From assembly GCA_046116545.1 (NCBI GenBank), contig CP175956.1, positions 449,734 to 513,733 on the forward strand: a DNA stretch of 64,000 nucleotides. Reading direction: 5' to 3'. The position numbers and the translations under genes are program-made. Within the stretch, counting starts at the first letter, position 1, and every line of letters begins with the position of its first letter. This document shows, piece after piece, positions 47,970 through 59,300 of the stretch. This DNA comes from Candidatus Moraniibacteriota bacterium. GTDB lineage: Bacteria; Patescibacteriota; Minisyncoccia; Moranbacterales; GCA-2747515. Below the pieces are notes generated by a model. The model did no database searches, had not been told where the DNA came from, and was given only the letters and a program-made list of their open reading frames with translations.

Positions 47970-49946
47970 GTGAAAAAAAATAATAAAATAAATAAATATC
48001 TTATATATATAACATCATTTTGTTTTATATTTTCATTTTTATTCAGTCTTAATTTTGATAATTATAGTGAAAATCAGCAAAATATTTTCAATGATGTTTA
48101 TGCAGCTAAAGCAGCTCAGGGTGCAGCAGGAAATGCTTCAGGAGGTAATAATGTAGCAAGTCCAACTAGTTATGATGTGGATGATGACACATATTTAAAT
48201 TTACCGTCCATGGTTTTTGCAATCGTTCGTTTTTTTTCTTGGTTAATTACATTTTGTGCATCACTTATAGAATGGACATTACAGCCAGCTTTCATGACTG
48301 GGCTTATGGAAAATACTGCTGTTAAAACTGGGTGGACTACAGTTCGCGATTTTTTAAATATATTTTTTATATTTTTTCTACTATTTAGTGCATTTGCAAC
48401 TATTTTTCAAGTTTCAAAATATCATATCAAAAGTACATGGGTAATGATTGTTGTAATGGCATTGATGGTTAATTTTTCATGGCCTATAGGTAGGGTTATT
48501 ATAGATATTTCAAATGTTACAATGACCTATATTATGGGAGATACTAAATCAGGTGGATTATCATCGGCTCTGGGTAAAAATTCACATTTTGCAGCGTTAG
48601 TTGTAGGTCAAGAAGGTCCAGAGGTTAAATTCGACAGTGAGGTTGACTGGGTTCCAATTTTTATGGGTGTATTAACTAGTTTTTTATTTTTAGTAACTAT
48701 AGGAGCAATTGCTTTAATATTAGTAATTCGAGGTATAGTGTTAGCTGTTCTTATGGTTTTTGCGTCAGTTGGTTTTGTATTAGCTGCATTTCCATCAACT
48801 AGATCATATGCAAATAGTTGGTGGAGTAGTTTGGTGAAATATGCAATGATAGGTCCAATATTATTATTTATGTTAATATTATCAATTAACATGTTATCTG
48901 CTGCGGAAAGTAGTAATTTTGTGAGTAGTGCACCTGGTTCTACTGGTAAGACAGGTGATGCAATAAAAGAATTAATGAAATACACCATATCACTTATTGT
49001 TTTGTGGTCTGGAATAATAGCCGCTGGAAAACTAGGTGATGGAGCGTCTAGCATGGTAGTTGGAAAAGCTGGTGCAGCTGTACGTGGTATGGGTAATAAA
49101 TTGAAAAAAAGTGGTGTTAGTACTGGGAAATTTGTAGGTAGAACAGGTGCTAATACAGCCGATTCAATTAGCGGTGGACGAATTAGTAGTGGTATAGCAA
49201 AAGTTCATGGGGTTTCTGATGGATGGAAAAAACGATTTAATAATGCTGAAGAGGGTAGAAAAAAACGTTATAATGAAACCAAAGAAAATATGTCAGCTAG
49301 AACAGAAGCACTTGCACACGATAAGGGTGGTATAGATGGTTATGGTGCTAATAAAAATGCTATTACAGCTCATGAAAATAAAAAAGTGGCAGAAATGAAG
49401 AAAAAACATAAAGAAGATAATACTGATGCTGTTACATTAGCTAATGAATTAGATGGTGCTGATAAAGTTAAAACTAGAGCAATAATAGAATCATTATCAG
49501 GAATGAAAGAAGGTGTTGATGAAAATGTTATTAAAAAAATGGTTAAGAGTGGTGATAAAATTAAAGGAAATAAAGTTCTAGAAAAAGCAATAACTAAAAA
49601 AGCAGCTGAAACTGGTAATTCTCATGTTGTATATGATAATGAATTAAATACACAATATAAAATGAAAGCAAAATCTGCAGGGAAAGATATAAGTCAATTA
49701 AATAGCATGGAAAGAAAAACTGTTAAGAGTAATGTATCTAAAGACGTATATAGTGGGATGGATGGTAAAACATTTGCAAAGCAAAAAGAAACGATTAAAC
49801 GAATTGATGAGAATAATGCAGGATTTCTTGCAATTGGAGAAGATTTACAAGGAAAACTAGAGAGAGCATCATTTGCAAAAGAAATGCAAAATGTTGATAG
49901 TGAAACATATGAAAGATTGCAAAATATTAATGATACTCATTTATAA
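47970..49946 (+). CDS. VirB6/TrbL-like polytopic membrane protein (CPR T4SS)
   Basis: GWTTVRDFLNIFF, LMVNFS, several TMs, charged C-terminal tail; the 47877 start overlaps a terminator, so GTG 47970 is used. Confidence 0.75.
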   Translation: MKKNNKINKYLIYITSFCFIFSFLFSLNFDNYSENQQNIFNDVYAAKAAQGAAGNASGGNNVASPTSYDVDDDTYLNLPSMVFAIVRFFSWLITFCASLIEWTLQPAFMTGLMENTAVKTGWTTVRDFLNIFFIFFLLFSAFATIFQVSKYHIKSTWVMIVVMALMVNFSWPIGRVIIDISNVTMTYIMGDTKSGGLSSALGKNSHFAALVVGQEGPEVKFDSEVDWVPIFMGVLTSFLFLVTIGAIALILVIRGIVLAVLMVFASVGFVLAAFPSTRSYANSWWSSLVKYAMIGPILLFMLILSINMLSAAESSNFVSSAPGSTGKTGDAIKELMKYTISLIVLWSGIIAAGKLGDGASSMVVGKAGAAVRGMGNKLKKSGVSTGKFVGRTGANTADSISGGRISSGIAKVHGVSDGWKKRFNNAEEGRKKRYNETKENMSARTEALAHDKGGIDGYGANKNAITAHENKKVAEMKKKHKEDNTDAVTLANELDGADKVKTRAIIESLSGMKEGVDENVIKKMVKSGDKIKGNKVLEKAITKKAAETGNSHVVYDNELNTQYKMKAKSAGKDISQLNSMERKTVKSNVSKDVYSGMDGKTFAKQKETIKRIDENNAGFLAIGEDLQGKLERASFAKEMQNVDSETYERLQNINDTHL

Positions 49947-49954
49947 AATGAATA

Positions 49955-51511
49955 ATGCAAGATTATAAAGATCAAAAGAAATACTACCCCACATTAGTAT
50001 CAGATATACAAGGAGTGTCAGATAAAAATGGATTTGAAAGAATTCAAAAAATAAAAGCACTACCACAAAAAACACAAGATATTTTATTTTCAGATAAAAT
50101 TATTGATGTTATTTATGATATAGAAAGAAGATATTATTTATCAGATGAAAATACGGAGGGAATTTCGAGATCGATTAGACAATATTTTCTTAGAGAAATT
50201 ACACAGGAAGGATTTATTGAGAAATTAAGTATATCATGTAATATTTCAAATGCTGATGCTATAAAATTATTACATGTTATTAATAGTGTTAGTGTAAAAG
50301 TAGAACAAAAAGAAAAAAAACAAATTAAAAAAATAAATTTAGATAAAAATAAATTTAGTGTAATTTTAAAAAAATATCCTAAAATTTTAGAGCAAAAAAT
50401 AACAAATAATAAAATAACAAATCCAAAAACAGGAGAACAAGTACAACCAACATTGAAGAATTGGATTAGAATGTATGAAATAGAATTTGGTGCTAGTGGA
50501 CGAACCATGATGAATAGGGGGGACTTTATGTTTCAATCCAGTGTAACTAGAGGTTTAAATGATAATGAAAAACAAGTAGTATCACAGTTATTGAAAAGTA
50601 AGGATGAAAATAGTGAAGTATCTGTTGACATAGATAAAAGTGAAATTGTTTTTGAAAATATTGTATTGAAGAGTGATAGTGATATAAATAAAACATTAAG
50701 GCAGACACCCAAGTCTATACCAACACAACAGATAAATAAGTCTGTCATAATGAAACAAATACAAAATTCTGTTCCAATGCAACAAACACGTAAAGCTGTT
50801 TTTGCACAGAAAAACAATAAAAACACAGACTTAAATACTGATTTAAATCAAAAAAATATTAACAATGAGTTTACAAAAGTAAATAATACTAATTCAAAAC
50901 ATAATTTTGATAATATAAGGCAGCAAAATAGTGATATAGGACAGGTTGATGAATTGAAAAATAAACTTGCAAATAGTCAAAAACAGCTAGAAAAATTAGA
51001 GACTGAAATTATAGGTGGTGAAAATAATAGTCAGTATGAACAACAGATGAATAGACGACAAAAGAACTATCAAAAACCACCCCTTAATCCCCTCCTTAAA
51101 AAGGAGGGGAGGCAAGTTGCTTCACAAGAACTATCCTCGATGGAGCAAATTACTTCTCAAAAAATAGTACCGATGAGACAAACCAGTTTTCAGAAAGAGC
51201 CACAATCAGATATTGAAAAAGAAATATTGAAAAATAGGGCAGAAATGAATAATGAAGTAATTGTGAATGAATTTCAGAAAGTAGATGATGGTCATGTTGG
51301 GATTCAGTCAAATTTAATTACATCAAAAAAAGTACAAAATACTAAAAAGAAGAATAATATAAACTTAATAAAGACAAATAAAAAACAAAAACCTAATAAA
51401 TATATAAAACAAGATGCAATAAACAAAGTTGAAAAAGTTGAAAATAGTATAAATAATGTTAGTGGTAATATAACATTTAGCTCTAAACATAGGATGCCTG
51501 GTGAAAGTTAA
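49955..51511 (+). CDS. Hypothetical protein with low-complexity N/Q/K C-terminus
   Basis: 518 aa; PTLKNWI motif; lies within the T4SS-like locus. Confidence 0.75.
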   Translation: MQDYKDQKKYYPTLVSDIQGVSDKNGFERIQKIKALPQKTQDILFSDKIIDVIYDIERRYYLSDENTEGISRSIRQYFLREITQEGFIEKLSISCNISNADAIKLLHVINSVSVKVEQKEKKQIKKINLDKNKFSVILKKYPKILEQKITNNKITNPKTGEQVQPTLKNWIRMYEIEFGASGRTMMNRGDFMFQSSVTRGLNDNEKQVVSQLLKSKDENSEVSVDIDKSEIVFENIVLKSDSDINKTLRQTPKSIPTQQINKSVIMKQIQNSVPMQQTRKAVFAQKNNKNTDLNTDLNQKNINNEFTKVNNTNSKHNFDNIRQQNSDIGQVDELKNKLANSQKQLEKLETEIIGGENNSQYEQQMNRRQKNYQKPPLNPLLKKEGRQVASQELSSMEQITSQKIVPMRQTSFQKEPQSDIEKEILKNRAEMNNEVIVNEFQKVDDGHVGIQSNLITSKKVQNTKKKNNINLIKTNKKQKPNKYIKQDAINKVEKVENSINNVSGNITFSSKHRMPGES

Positions 51512-51782
51512 ACAAACATGCGGATAGAGTCATGAATCTTGTTCTATAAAAAATTTATCATCAAGAATTTTTTTGTAAGGAGAGTGTTATTAAGTTGTTC
51601 GTTTGAGAAGATTATTTCAGGAATTTAGACGTTTGTTAGTATAGTCTAGATTCCGGATAAATTTATTTGTACATTATTGCTAAATACTCTGATACAAATA
51701 ATATTTTCTGGAATGACAATTTGGCGTGATTATAATAAAATTCTGTAAATCATTTATTAGAACAAATCACATAACCTTTTTA

Positions 51783-51909
51783 TTGTCATTCCCGCGTAGG
51801 CGGGAATCTAGGATAATACTAATAAGCTTTGTGATTATCGTTTATTAATCTGGTGTACACATCACTTTATAGAAAACTTCCTAGATCCCCACATTCACTG
51901 GGATGACAA
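51783..51909. repeat. Inverted pair of GTCATTCCC-family REP elements (REPIN-like)
   Basis: TTGTCATTCCCGCGTAGGCGGGAATCTAGGA and inverted TCCTAGATCCCCACATTCACTGGGATGACAA; a degenerate pair lies at ~51612-51720. Confidence 0.8.
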
Positions 51910-52012
51910 ACTGAATGATGAAAATATGTGAGGATAAACTTTTGTAATATTTTTTTGGAATAAAAAAGTGTAGTGTGATATAATAAATATATTGAAAAAA
52001 TAAAAATAAAGT

Positions 52013-52471
52013 ATGCAAATTGTACCACAGTATATTGACATTGAAGATAAGATAGCAGGTCCACTTACATGGAAACATATAGGATGGTTATTTGGTGGTG
52101 GTGCAATTCTATCATTTTTATTTGTTACATTGGATAGAATTACATTTATGATTATAGCAATTCCATTTGGATTGCTTGTAATAGCAATGGCATTTTATAG
52201 ACCACAAGGAGTTCCTCTTGTGGAATTTATGGGATATGGATTTTCATATATTTTTAAACCAAAAAGATATCTATGGTCAAGAGATTTTGAAGCAGGTAAT
52301 CAACAGAGTGATAAGATTGTTGAAAGTGTTGTAAATGTGAAGCAAAAGGAAAAAATGACTATGGATGAAATAACAGCAATATCACAAACATTAGATAGTG
52401 GTGGTGTCCAGAGGAATAAACAGATGCAAGAATTAATAAAGAAAAATATAAGTACTGCAAATAAAAAATAA
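52013..52471 (+). CDS. PrgI-family (VirB3-like) protein
   Basis: VPQYIDIEDKIAGPLTWK plus two TMs. Confidence 0.88.
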   Translation: MQIVPQYIDIEDKIAGPLTWKHIGWLFGGGAILSFLFVTLDRITFMIIAIPFGLLVIAMAFYRPQGVPLVEFMGYGFSYIFKPKRYLWSRDFEAGNQQSDKIVESVVNVKQKEKMTMDEITAISQTLDSGGVQRNKQMQELIKKNISTANKK

Positions 52472-52475
52472 AAAT

Positions 52476-53168
52476 ATGAGTTTTTTTGGTTCTAATAGTG
52501 AAAATGTAAATAATTCAGGTATCAGTACATTGAAGTATGTTGATATTAAAACAATAAAAGATGGTGTTGTTGTATTGAAAAATGGAGGAATGAGAGCGGT
52601 TCTTTTAGTTTCATCAATCAATTTTGATTTGAAATCATCAGATGAGCAAGTTGCTATTATTGGAGCTTATCAAAACTTTTTAAATTCACTGGATTTCCCA
52701 GTGCAAATAATAATAAGTTCAAGAAAATTGAATATAGGTCCATATACGGAAATACTAAAAGAAAAAGCAAAAGAACAAAGTAATGAATTATTAAAAATTC
52801 AAATCATAGAATATAGAGAGTTTATATCAACACTTGCGGATGTTACTAATATTATGAATAAATTCTTTTATCTAGTTGTACCATTTGCTCCGGTTGAAGA
52901 TAAAAATAGTGGAGTTTTAGATAAAATAACAAATGCAATAAATCCATCTCAAAGCATTACTCAACACAATGAATTATTTGAGACTTATAAAAATCAGTTA
53001 TGGCAAAGAGTGGATCATGTAGCAGCAGCACTTGGTGGCACAGGACTGCATTTTACAACATTAAATACAGATGAATTAATAGAATTGTATTATAGTGCTT
53101 ATAATCCATCAGAATATGCTCAGGTTACAATTAAAGATATTTCTAAATCAGATATTAAACAATTATAG
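52476..53168 (+). CDS. TraC/VirB4-associated protein (CPR T4SS)
   Basis: SINFDLKSSDEQ..AYQNFLNSLDFPVQI. Confidence 0.8.
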   Translation: MSFFGSNSENVNNSGISTLKYVDIKTIKDGVVVLKNGGMRAVLLVSSINFDLKSSDEQVAIIGAYQNFLNSLDFPVQIIISSRKLNIGPYTEILKEKAKEQSNELLKIQIIEYREFISTLADVTNIMNKFFYLVVPFAPVEDKNSGVLDKITNAINPSQSITQHNELFETYKNQLWQRVDHVAAALGGTGLHFTTLNTDELIELYYSAYNPSEYAQVTIKDISKSDIKQL

Positions 53169-53171
53169 TAT

Positions 53172-54980
53172 ATGTTTTCAAAAAAACAAAAAGAAACAAA
53201 AAAGAATAATGTAATAGAAAATGAAGAGTTTTATCAAAGTGGTGTAGCGACTGTAAGAGGATTGATAGCTCCAAGTGCATTAGAAATAAAAACAGATCAT
53301 ATTCAAATTGGTAATGTAATGTCTTCGACTATGTTTGTTATTGCATATCCAAGATTTCTGAACGATAATTGGTTTTCTCCAATTATTAATATAGATTTTC
53401 CAATGGACACAGCAATGTTTATTCATCCAGCAGATACTAGAGAGGTGTTGAAAAATTTAAAAAAAAGTGCAGCTCATGTGCATTCGCAGATAAATATAAA
53501 TGCAAATAGTGGTAAAGTGATGGATCCAATGCTTGAAACTGCTGTGGATAATATTGAAAATTTAAGAGTTAGTTTACAACAAGGTACAGAAAGATTTTTT
53601 CAATTCGGACTGTATTTAACTGTTTTTGCCACTGAAGCAGCTGTATTACAAAAAAACAAAAGTGAAATACAAGCAATATTAGAGGCGCAGCTAATTTATA
53701 CAAAGCCAGCAGTATTACGTATGGAACAAGGATTTATGTCGACAATTCCACTAGGTGTTGATAAATTAAGTGCAGGTACAAATCTAAATACAGCACCACT
53801 TTCAACAACATTCCCCTTTGTCTCTTCAGATTTATCTTCGAATGAGGGTATTTTATATGGAATTAATAGACATAACAATAGCTTGATATTGTTTGATAGA
53901 TTTAATATGGAAAATGCAAATATGGTTGTATTTGCAAAATCTGGTGGTGGTAAAAGTTACTTTGTTAAGTTGGAGTTGTTACGTGCTATGATGCTGGGTG
54001 TAAATATAATAATAATTGATCCTGAGAATGAATATAAGCATTTATGCGGAACTGTAGGTGGAACTTATGTAAGAATATCACTTGGATCACAGGCTCATAT
54101 AAATCCATTTGAGTTACCAAAAATTCCAGAAGATGAAAAACCAGAAGATGTTTTTAGAAATACAATTGCTAGTCTGATAGGACTATTACATATAATGCTC
54201 GGTAGTGTGACACCAGAAGAAGATACTGTTCTAGAACGTGGTATAAGAGAATCATATGCGGTTAGAGATATAAATGAAAAAAGTAATTTTGGTGTCATAC
54301 CACATAAAGGATATCCTACAATGTCAGATTTATACGAGGTCTTGAGGAGTATGGATGGTGGTGATTCAATTGCTAAAAGGTTATCCAAATATACAGATGG
54401 TATATTTGGAGGATTTTTGAATAACCCAACAAATATTGAAGTTGATAATCAAATGGTTGTATTTAATATTCGGGATCTTGAAGAAGAATTGAGACCAATA
54501 GCAATGTATATGGTACTTCAATTTATTTGGAATGAGATGCGTACAAATCTTACAAGACGTATCGTTGCAGTAGATGAAGCCTGGGTTATGATGCAAAATG
54601 ATGATGCAGCTGCTTTTATGTTTGGTATAGCAAAAAGGTGTCGTAAATATTATACAGGACTTACGACAATTACTCAGGATGTTAGTGATTTTATGTCCAG
54701 TAGATATGGGAAGCCAATTGTAACAAACTCATCATTACAACTATTGTTAAGACAATCCCCAGCTTCTGTAGATGTAATTACTGAGACTTTTTTCTTAACA
54801 GATCATGAAAAATTTTTATTATTAGAAAGTGGTGTGGGTGAGGGTATCTTATTTGCAGGACCAAAGCATGCTGCAATTAAGGTTATAGCATCCTATAGTG
54901 AAGATCAGATTATAACGTCAGACCCAAGACAATTAGAAGAAATCGAAAAAGCAAAAGCAGAGCTAGAAAATGAAGAATAG
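53172..54980 (+). CDS. virB4: VirB4-like ATPase
   Basis: AKSGGGKS Walker A, IIDPENEY, VDEAW Walker B, RKY..ITQD. Confidence 0.92.
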   Translation: MFSKKQKETKKNNVIENEEFYQSGVATVRGLIAPSALEIKTDHIQIGNVMSSTMFVIAYPRFLNDNWFSPIINIDFPMDTAMFIHPADTREVLKNLKKSAAHVHSQININANSGKVMDPMLETAVDNIENLRVSLQQGTERFFQFGLYLTVFATEAAVLQKNKSEIQAILEAQLIYTKPAVLRMEQGFMSTIPLGVDKLSAGTNLNTAPLSTTFPFVSSDLSSNEGILYGINRHNNSLILFDRFNMENANMVVFAKSGGGKSYFVKLELLRAMMLGVNIIIIDPENEYKHLCGTVGGTYVRISLGSQAHINPFELPKIPEDEKPEDVFRNTIASLIGLLHIMLGSVTPEEDTVLERGIRESYAVRDINEKSNFGVIPHKGYPTMSDLYEVLRSMDGGDSIAKRLSKYTDGIFGGFLNNPTNIEVDNQMVVFNIRDLEEELRPIAMYMVLQFIWNEMRTNLTRRIVAVDEAWVMMQNDDAAAFMFGIAKRCRKYYTGLTTITQDVSDFMSSRYGKPIVTNSSLQLLLRQSPASVDVITETFFLTDHEKFLLLESGVGEGILFAGPKHAAIKVIASYSEDQIITSDPRQLEEIEKAKAELENEE

Positions 54981-54997
54981 ATATATAGTTATAAAAT

Positions 54998-55630
54998 ATG
55001 TCAGATGTGACTGTACAAAATAATATAAATCAACATGCACTCGAGCAACAACGTAATCGAGATTTTAAGGATGCTCGTATTGCTGAGCAGAAAAAACAAC
55101 AAAAACTTAAAAAGGAGCAGTATGCAGGAGGTCTTGCAAGTGCAGTAAAAGCATCACATGTTAATACACAAAAAACAACATCAAATAAAACAGATGCTCA
55201 AACAAAAAGAGAAATAAGACAACGACAAAGTTGGTATGCTAAAATAATTAAAGCACGAAAAAGAAAAAAATCAAAAAAAATACTGACCAGAAAATATGAA
55301 AAAATAATCAAAGGGTATAGTAGAATATCATGGATATTATTGTATACAGCCGCAGTAGCAGACGCTTTTTTTGATTTAATTACTGTACCAATACTGTCTA
55401 CTTTTATGTCTATATGTTTTTCACTTTATTTAAACTTAGCACTTTGGAGTGTTGGAGAAAAAAAAGATAGAGCAAAAAGAAGGCTTATCAGAGCATCTGT
55501 CTCAGTATTAGATTTAATACCAATTATAAATTTAATTCCTTTTTCAATTATGATAGTTTATAAAACACAAACAAGAGAACAAAAACGAGTTAAAAGAGCA
55601 AAAAAAATGATTGAAAAAATAAACAAATAA
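54998..55630 (+). CDS. Hypothetical basic membrane protein
   Basis: Lys-rich N-terminus, TM segments, LIPIINLIP. Confidence 0.75.
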   Translation: MSDVTVQNNINQHALEQQRNRDFKDARIAEQKKQQKLKKEQYAGGLASAVKASHVNTQKTTSNKTDAQTKREIRQRQSWYAKIIKARKRKKSKKILTRKYEKIIKGYSRISWILLYTAAVADAFFDLITVPILSTFMSICFSLYLNLALWSVGEKKDRAKRRLIRASVSVLDLIPIINLIPFSIMIVYKTQTREQKRVKRAKKMIEKINK

Positions 55631-55678
55631 AAGTGTGGTATAATTTAAAATAAATAATGAAAATAAAATAAAATATTT

Positions 55679-56320
55679 ATGAATAATGAATTAAAGACAA
55701 ATATAATAACAACAGTGTTTGCAATAACATGTCTTATCTTGTATCTCGCATTTCCTTTTGGTGATTTGGAATTTGAAAATTGGCTTGGTATGTTATGTGT
55801 TTTATTTATTTTGCCTATTTTATATTCAAAAATTATTTTACATAAAACAAGTAGGGATATAGGATTTGGTAAAATTAACATGGATAAAAGAGGTTGGTTC
55901 TTTCTAGCTAGCTCTGTCATTGTTGGAGGATTGATTAGTTTTTTGATTATTAGTATGGAATTTGGCAGGAATGCATATATTGACAGTCTATCACCTACAA
56001 TAGCAACACATTTTGGAGCATTTATGTTTTATGAGCTTATTTTCATGGCATTATCGATGTTTCTGTTTACCTTTTTTTCCTTTGGCTTTATATATTCTAT
56101 AAAATACAAAAATGAAATATTCTCAAAAATATTCTCAATAGCAGTATTTATAGTATTTTTAGCAGATTTTTATATAAGTGCAATATTATGGATTCCATTA
56201 CTTGCTCCGGTGTTTTTTATTAAACAAATTAGGTATAATAAAAATATAATTTTTATGTTTTTAGCACTATTTATAATAGCTCTGATGATAGATACATTAG
56301 TGATTAAATCAATCTTGTAA
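55679..56320 (+). CDS. Hypothetical polytopic membrane protein
   Basis: About 7 hydrophobic segments. Confidence 0.75.
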   Translation: MNNELKTNIITTVFAITCLILYLAFPFGDLEFENWLGMLCVLFILPILYSKIILHKTSRDIGFGKINMDKRGWFFLASSVIVGGLISFLIISMEFGRNAYIDSLSPTIATHFGAFMFYELIFMALSMFLFTFFSFGFIYSIKYKNEIFSKIFSIAVFIVFLADFYISAILWIPLLAPVFFIKQIRYNKNIIFMFLALFIIALMIDTLVIKSIL

Positions 56321-56331
56321 ACAAAATAATC

Positions 56332-59300
56332 ATGCAAACAAAAAAAACAATAGCAATAACACTAATATTAATACAAATAATAATACTTCAACCAATAAGC
56401 ACATATGCTTTTTTAGGGTTACCAAGTAATCCATTGAGTGGCGGTGGAGGGAGCGGAATGTCAGGAGATATAAGAAGTGGTATAAACGATTTTTTAGAAA
56501 AAGATTTAAATATAAATGTAAAAGATGGTCTAAGACCACTGACAGAGAGTATAAATACAATAGATAGGAAAGGAGAAATGCCAGAAGTGTCATTAAGATT
56601 TTCATCACAAAGTCCAAAAGAAGGAGAGAAGATAACAGTAAGTGCAGATGTAACAGGTGTAAAGAATCCAAATGATGCATACTATGTATGGTATTTAAAA
56701 AGAAAAGGAGATAGCTATGATGATATAGATAAATTACATCGTCAAGCAGTAAGTGCACAAGCAGCATTGTACTATGATCCAGAAACTCTAAATCAAAAAT
56801 TCAATCAAGGGATAGTAGCTTCAAAAGGAGATGATTATGATGGATATAAACCAAAGATGGGAGGAGATAATGGGATACTAAGAGGAGCAACATCAAAATC
56901 AGGTTCAAGCTTACTGCAACAACACGAAACTGCTACTGGAAACATCAAGGACGCTCATCAAGGAATAATAGATAGTTTACCAGGATTTGGAATATTTGAT
57001 GTATTGGCTCCAGGAACATCTCAAATAATGGATGCACAAAATCAAGTTAGAGATAGTCTATTAAATTCAACAGGAACAAAAGCAAATGACACAAAATCAG
57101 CATCAGGTAATAGGGATTATTGTTATATTTATAATTCAAAAACAGGTAAGCAATATGAATTAGGTGATGCACATGATGATTCAGCAATGGGCTGTCCAAC
57201 TGGATATATAGCAAAATGCATGCAAGAGAATAATGATTTAATGTGCCCAGTAGCAGTTCCAGGAATGACAGGAACTTCAACAGCAAGTAGTTCAGGTGGT
57301 GGCAATACATCATCCTCTTCAACTTCAACAACAATAGCAGGAGGAAATGGAGATAGATTCAGTTATCTAACAAGATGTCTAGATACAGAAATAAAACCAA
57401 CTTGTGATGTAAACACAGGAAAACTTCATTGTTCACAAGCAGATAAAGGAAATGTATTTCAAGCAGATAAAGCTTATTCATGCGATGGAACAAGTTGTAG
57501 TTCATATAAGACAGATGGTCATTGTTGTGAAGTGTTTGATACAATAGAGAAATGTAAAGCAGATAAGGATACAAAAATATGTACAATGGGAAGTCAAATG
57601 ATGGCAGTGAGTTATAGTTATGATCAACCAATAACTACTCCAACTCCTTATTGTGTTAAACAAGATCAAAAAACTGGGGAAATTTGGAAGGATCCTAATG
57701 TTAATGGGTGTGGGCTATATTCAGCAGATGGCAAATACCCAGGACCAACAGAAGGCCGTGTCGCAGGAACTAATCCAAGCTTTGATTTTTTTCAGCCAGA
57801 TGGAACGCCGTATAATGCACCATTTACAGGAATTATTCTTTGTCCAGACTCTCCAAATCTATTAACTTGTGATAATAATTTTAAATATCATGGAATGGAT
57901 GGAGCAAAACCAGTTTTTGAGAGACCTTTAGGTCAGGGCGTGGGTGCGTCAATGACAATTACATGTCAGGATGATGTTGGGGTTACATGGACATATGATA
58001 TAAGTAATGATAATACTGTTCAGTTTGCGGGTTGCCCTGATGCAAAGCCAATTAGCAGAGGTTGTTTTATTGATAAGGATAAAAAGATTTTAGATTTATT
58101 GGAACCCGAAAAAGCCTGTACCCTATCAACACCAAAGGACTCAGGGTGTACCGAGAAACAACATCTGTTTCCAGAGGAATTAAATCTAGGATTCTTTCCA
58201 GCATCAATAGAGGCACAGTATGGAACAAATCCAATAGATGCACAAACAACACCATTAGCAATAAATGATGGAGCATTGGCAGTAGGACTAGGAGTAAAGA
58301 ACTTTGAATGGAAATATAAAGCAGGAGATGAGATAGCTGTAGTAGTAGAAGGGATGGGACTGGGAATGACAAAACATGAAGATGCAACATATCAAACAGT
58401 TTTTGCAGTACCAAAAGAGGGATGTCAAAAAGCAATAGAAAATGCTTCAAAAGAAAGTTATGAAGAAACAGCAAAGAAAAAAGTAGTAACAATAGAAGTA
58501 GCAGAGATGAATCCAAGAGATTGTGTAACAGCAGAGATATTCCAAAAACCAGGAACGTCACAGTTTGATGCATTAAATGTAAATGTAAACCATGCTTCTC
58601 CAAGTGCACAAAACACATCTGTAGCAAGTGGGCTGAGTCAACCAATGCAAATAACAGCACATGCAAATGGTGTAAAAGGAGGAGGAATATCAAATTCAGA
58701 ACATCTGTACTATGAATGGAGTATTGTGTGTGGAGGAAAAACAATAGATTTAAGTAAAATGGAAGGACTGTCAAAAACAGAAGGAATGAATCTACCATCT
58801 CTAAATCTAACAGCAAACTTTCCACAGGAATGTGTAGATGCAGGAGAAGTAATAGTAAAAACAAAAATAAATGAACCTAGAGCTGGAGGAGGATCAAATT
58901 TTGGACAATCAGAAACAAAAATCAAGATTTATGATGTAAAAGATAGCCCACTTAAAACATTCAAGACAGAAATAGTAGAAGACACAAAATTCCAAAAAAC
59001 AGCAACAGCAGTATGTGATGTTGGGATAGATAAAACTTTGTGTAGAGTGATGAATAATGAAGTAATAGCTATAGCAGCAACAAAAGATGATGGAACAATA
59101 TATGATGGAACAATGCTGTCTTGGACAGTAGATGGAAAAGCATATAATTGTGATTCAAGTATATCTCCAGATTGTAATGATAGAACAAACTCAGGAACAA
59201 TAATAATTCCAATGACAGGTAGTGATGGAGATTTAGTAACAGTAACTGCAAGTATAAATGATGTAACAGGTGATAAAAACAATACACAAGTTCTATCAAG

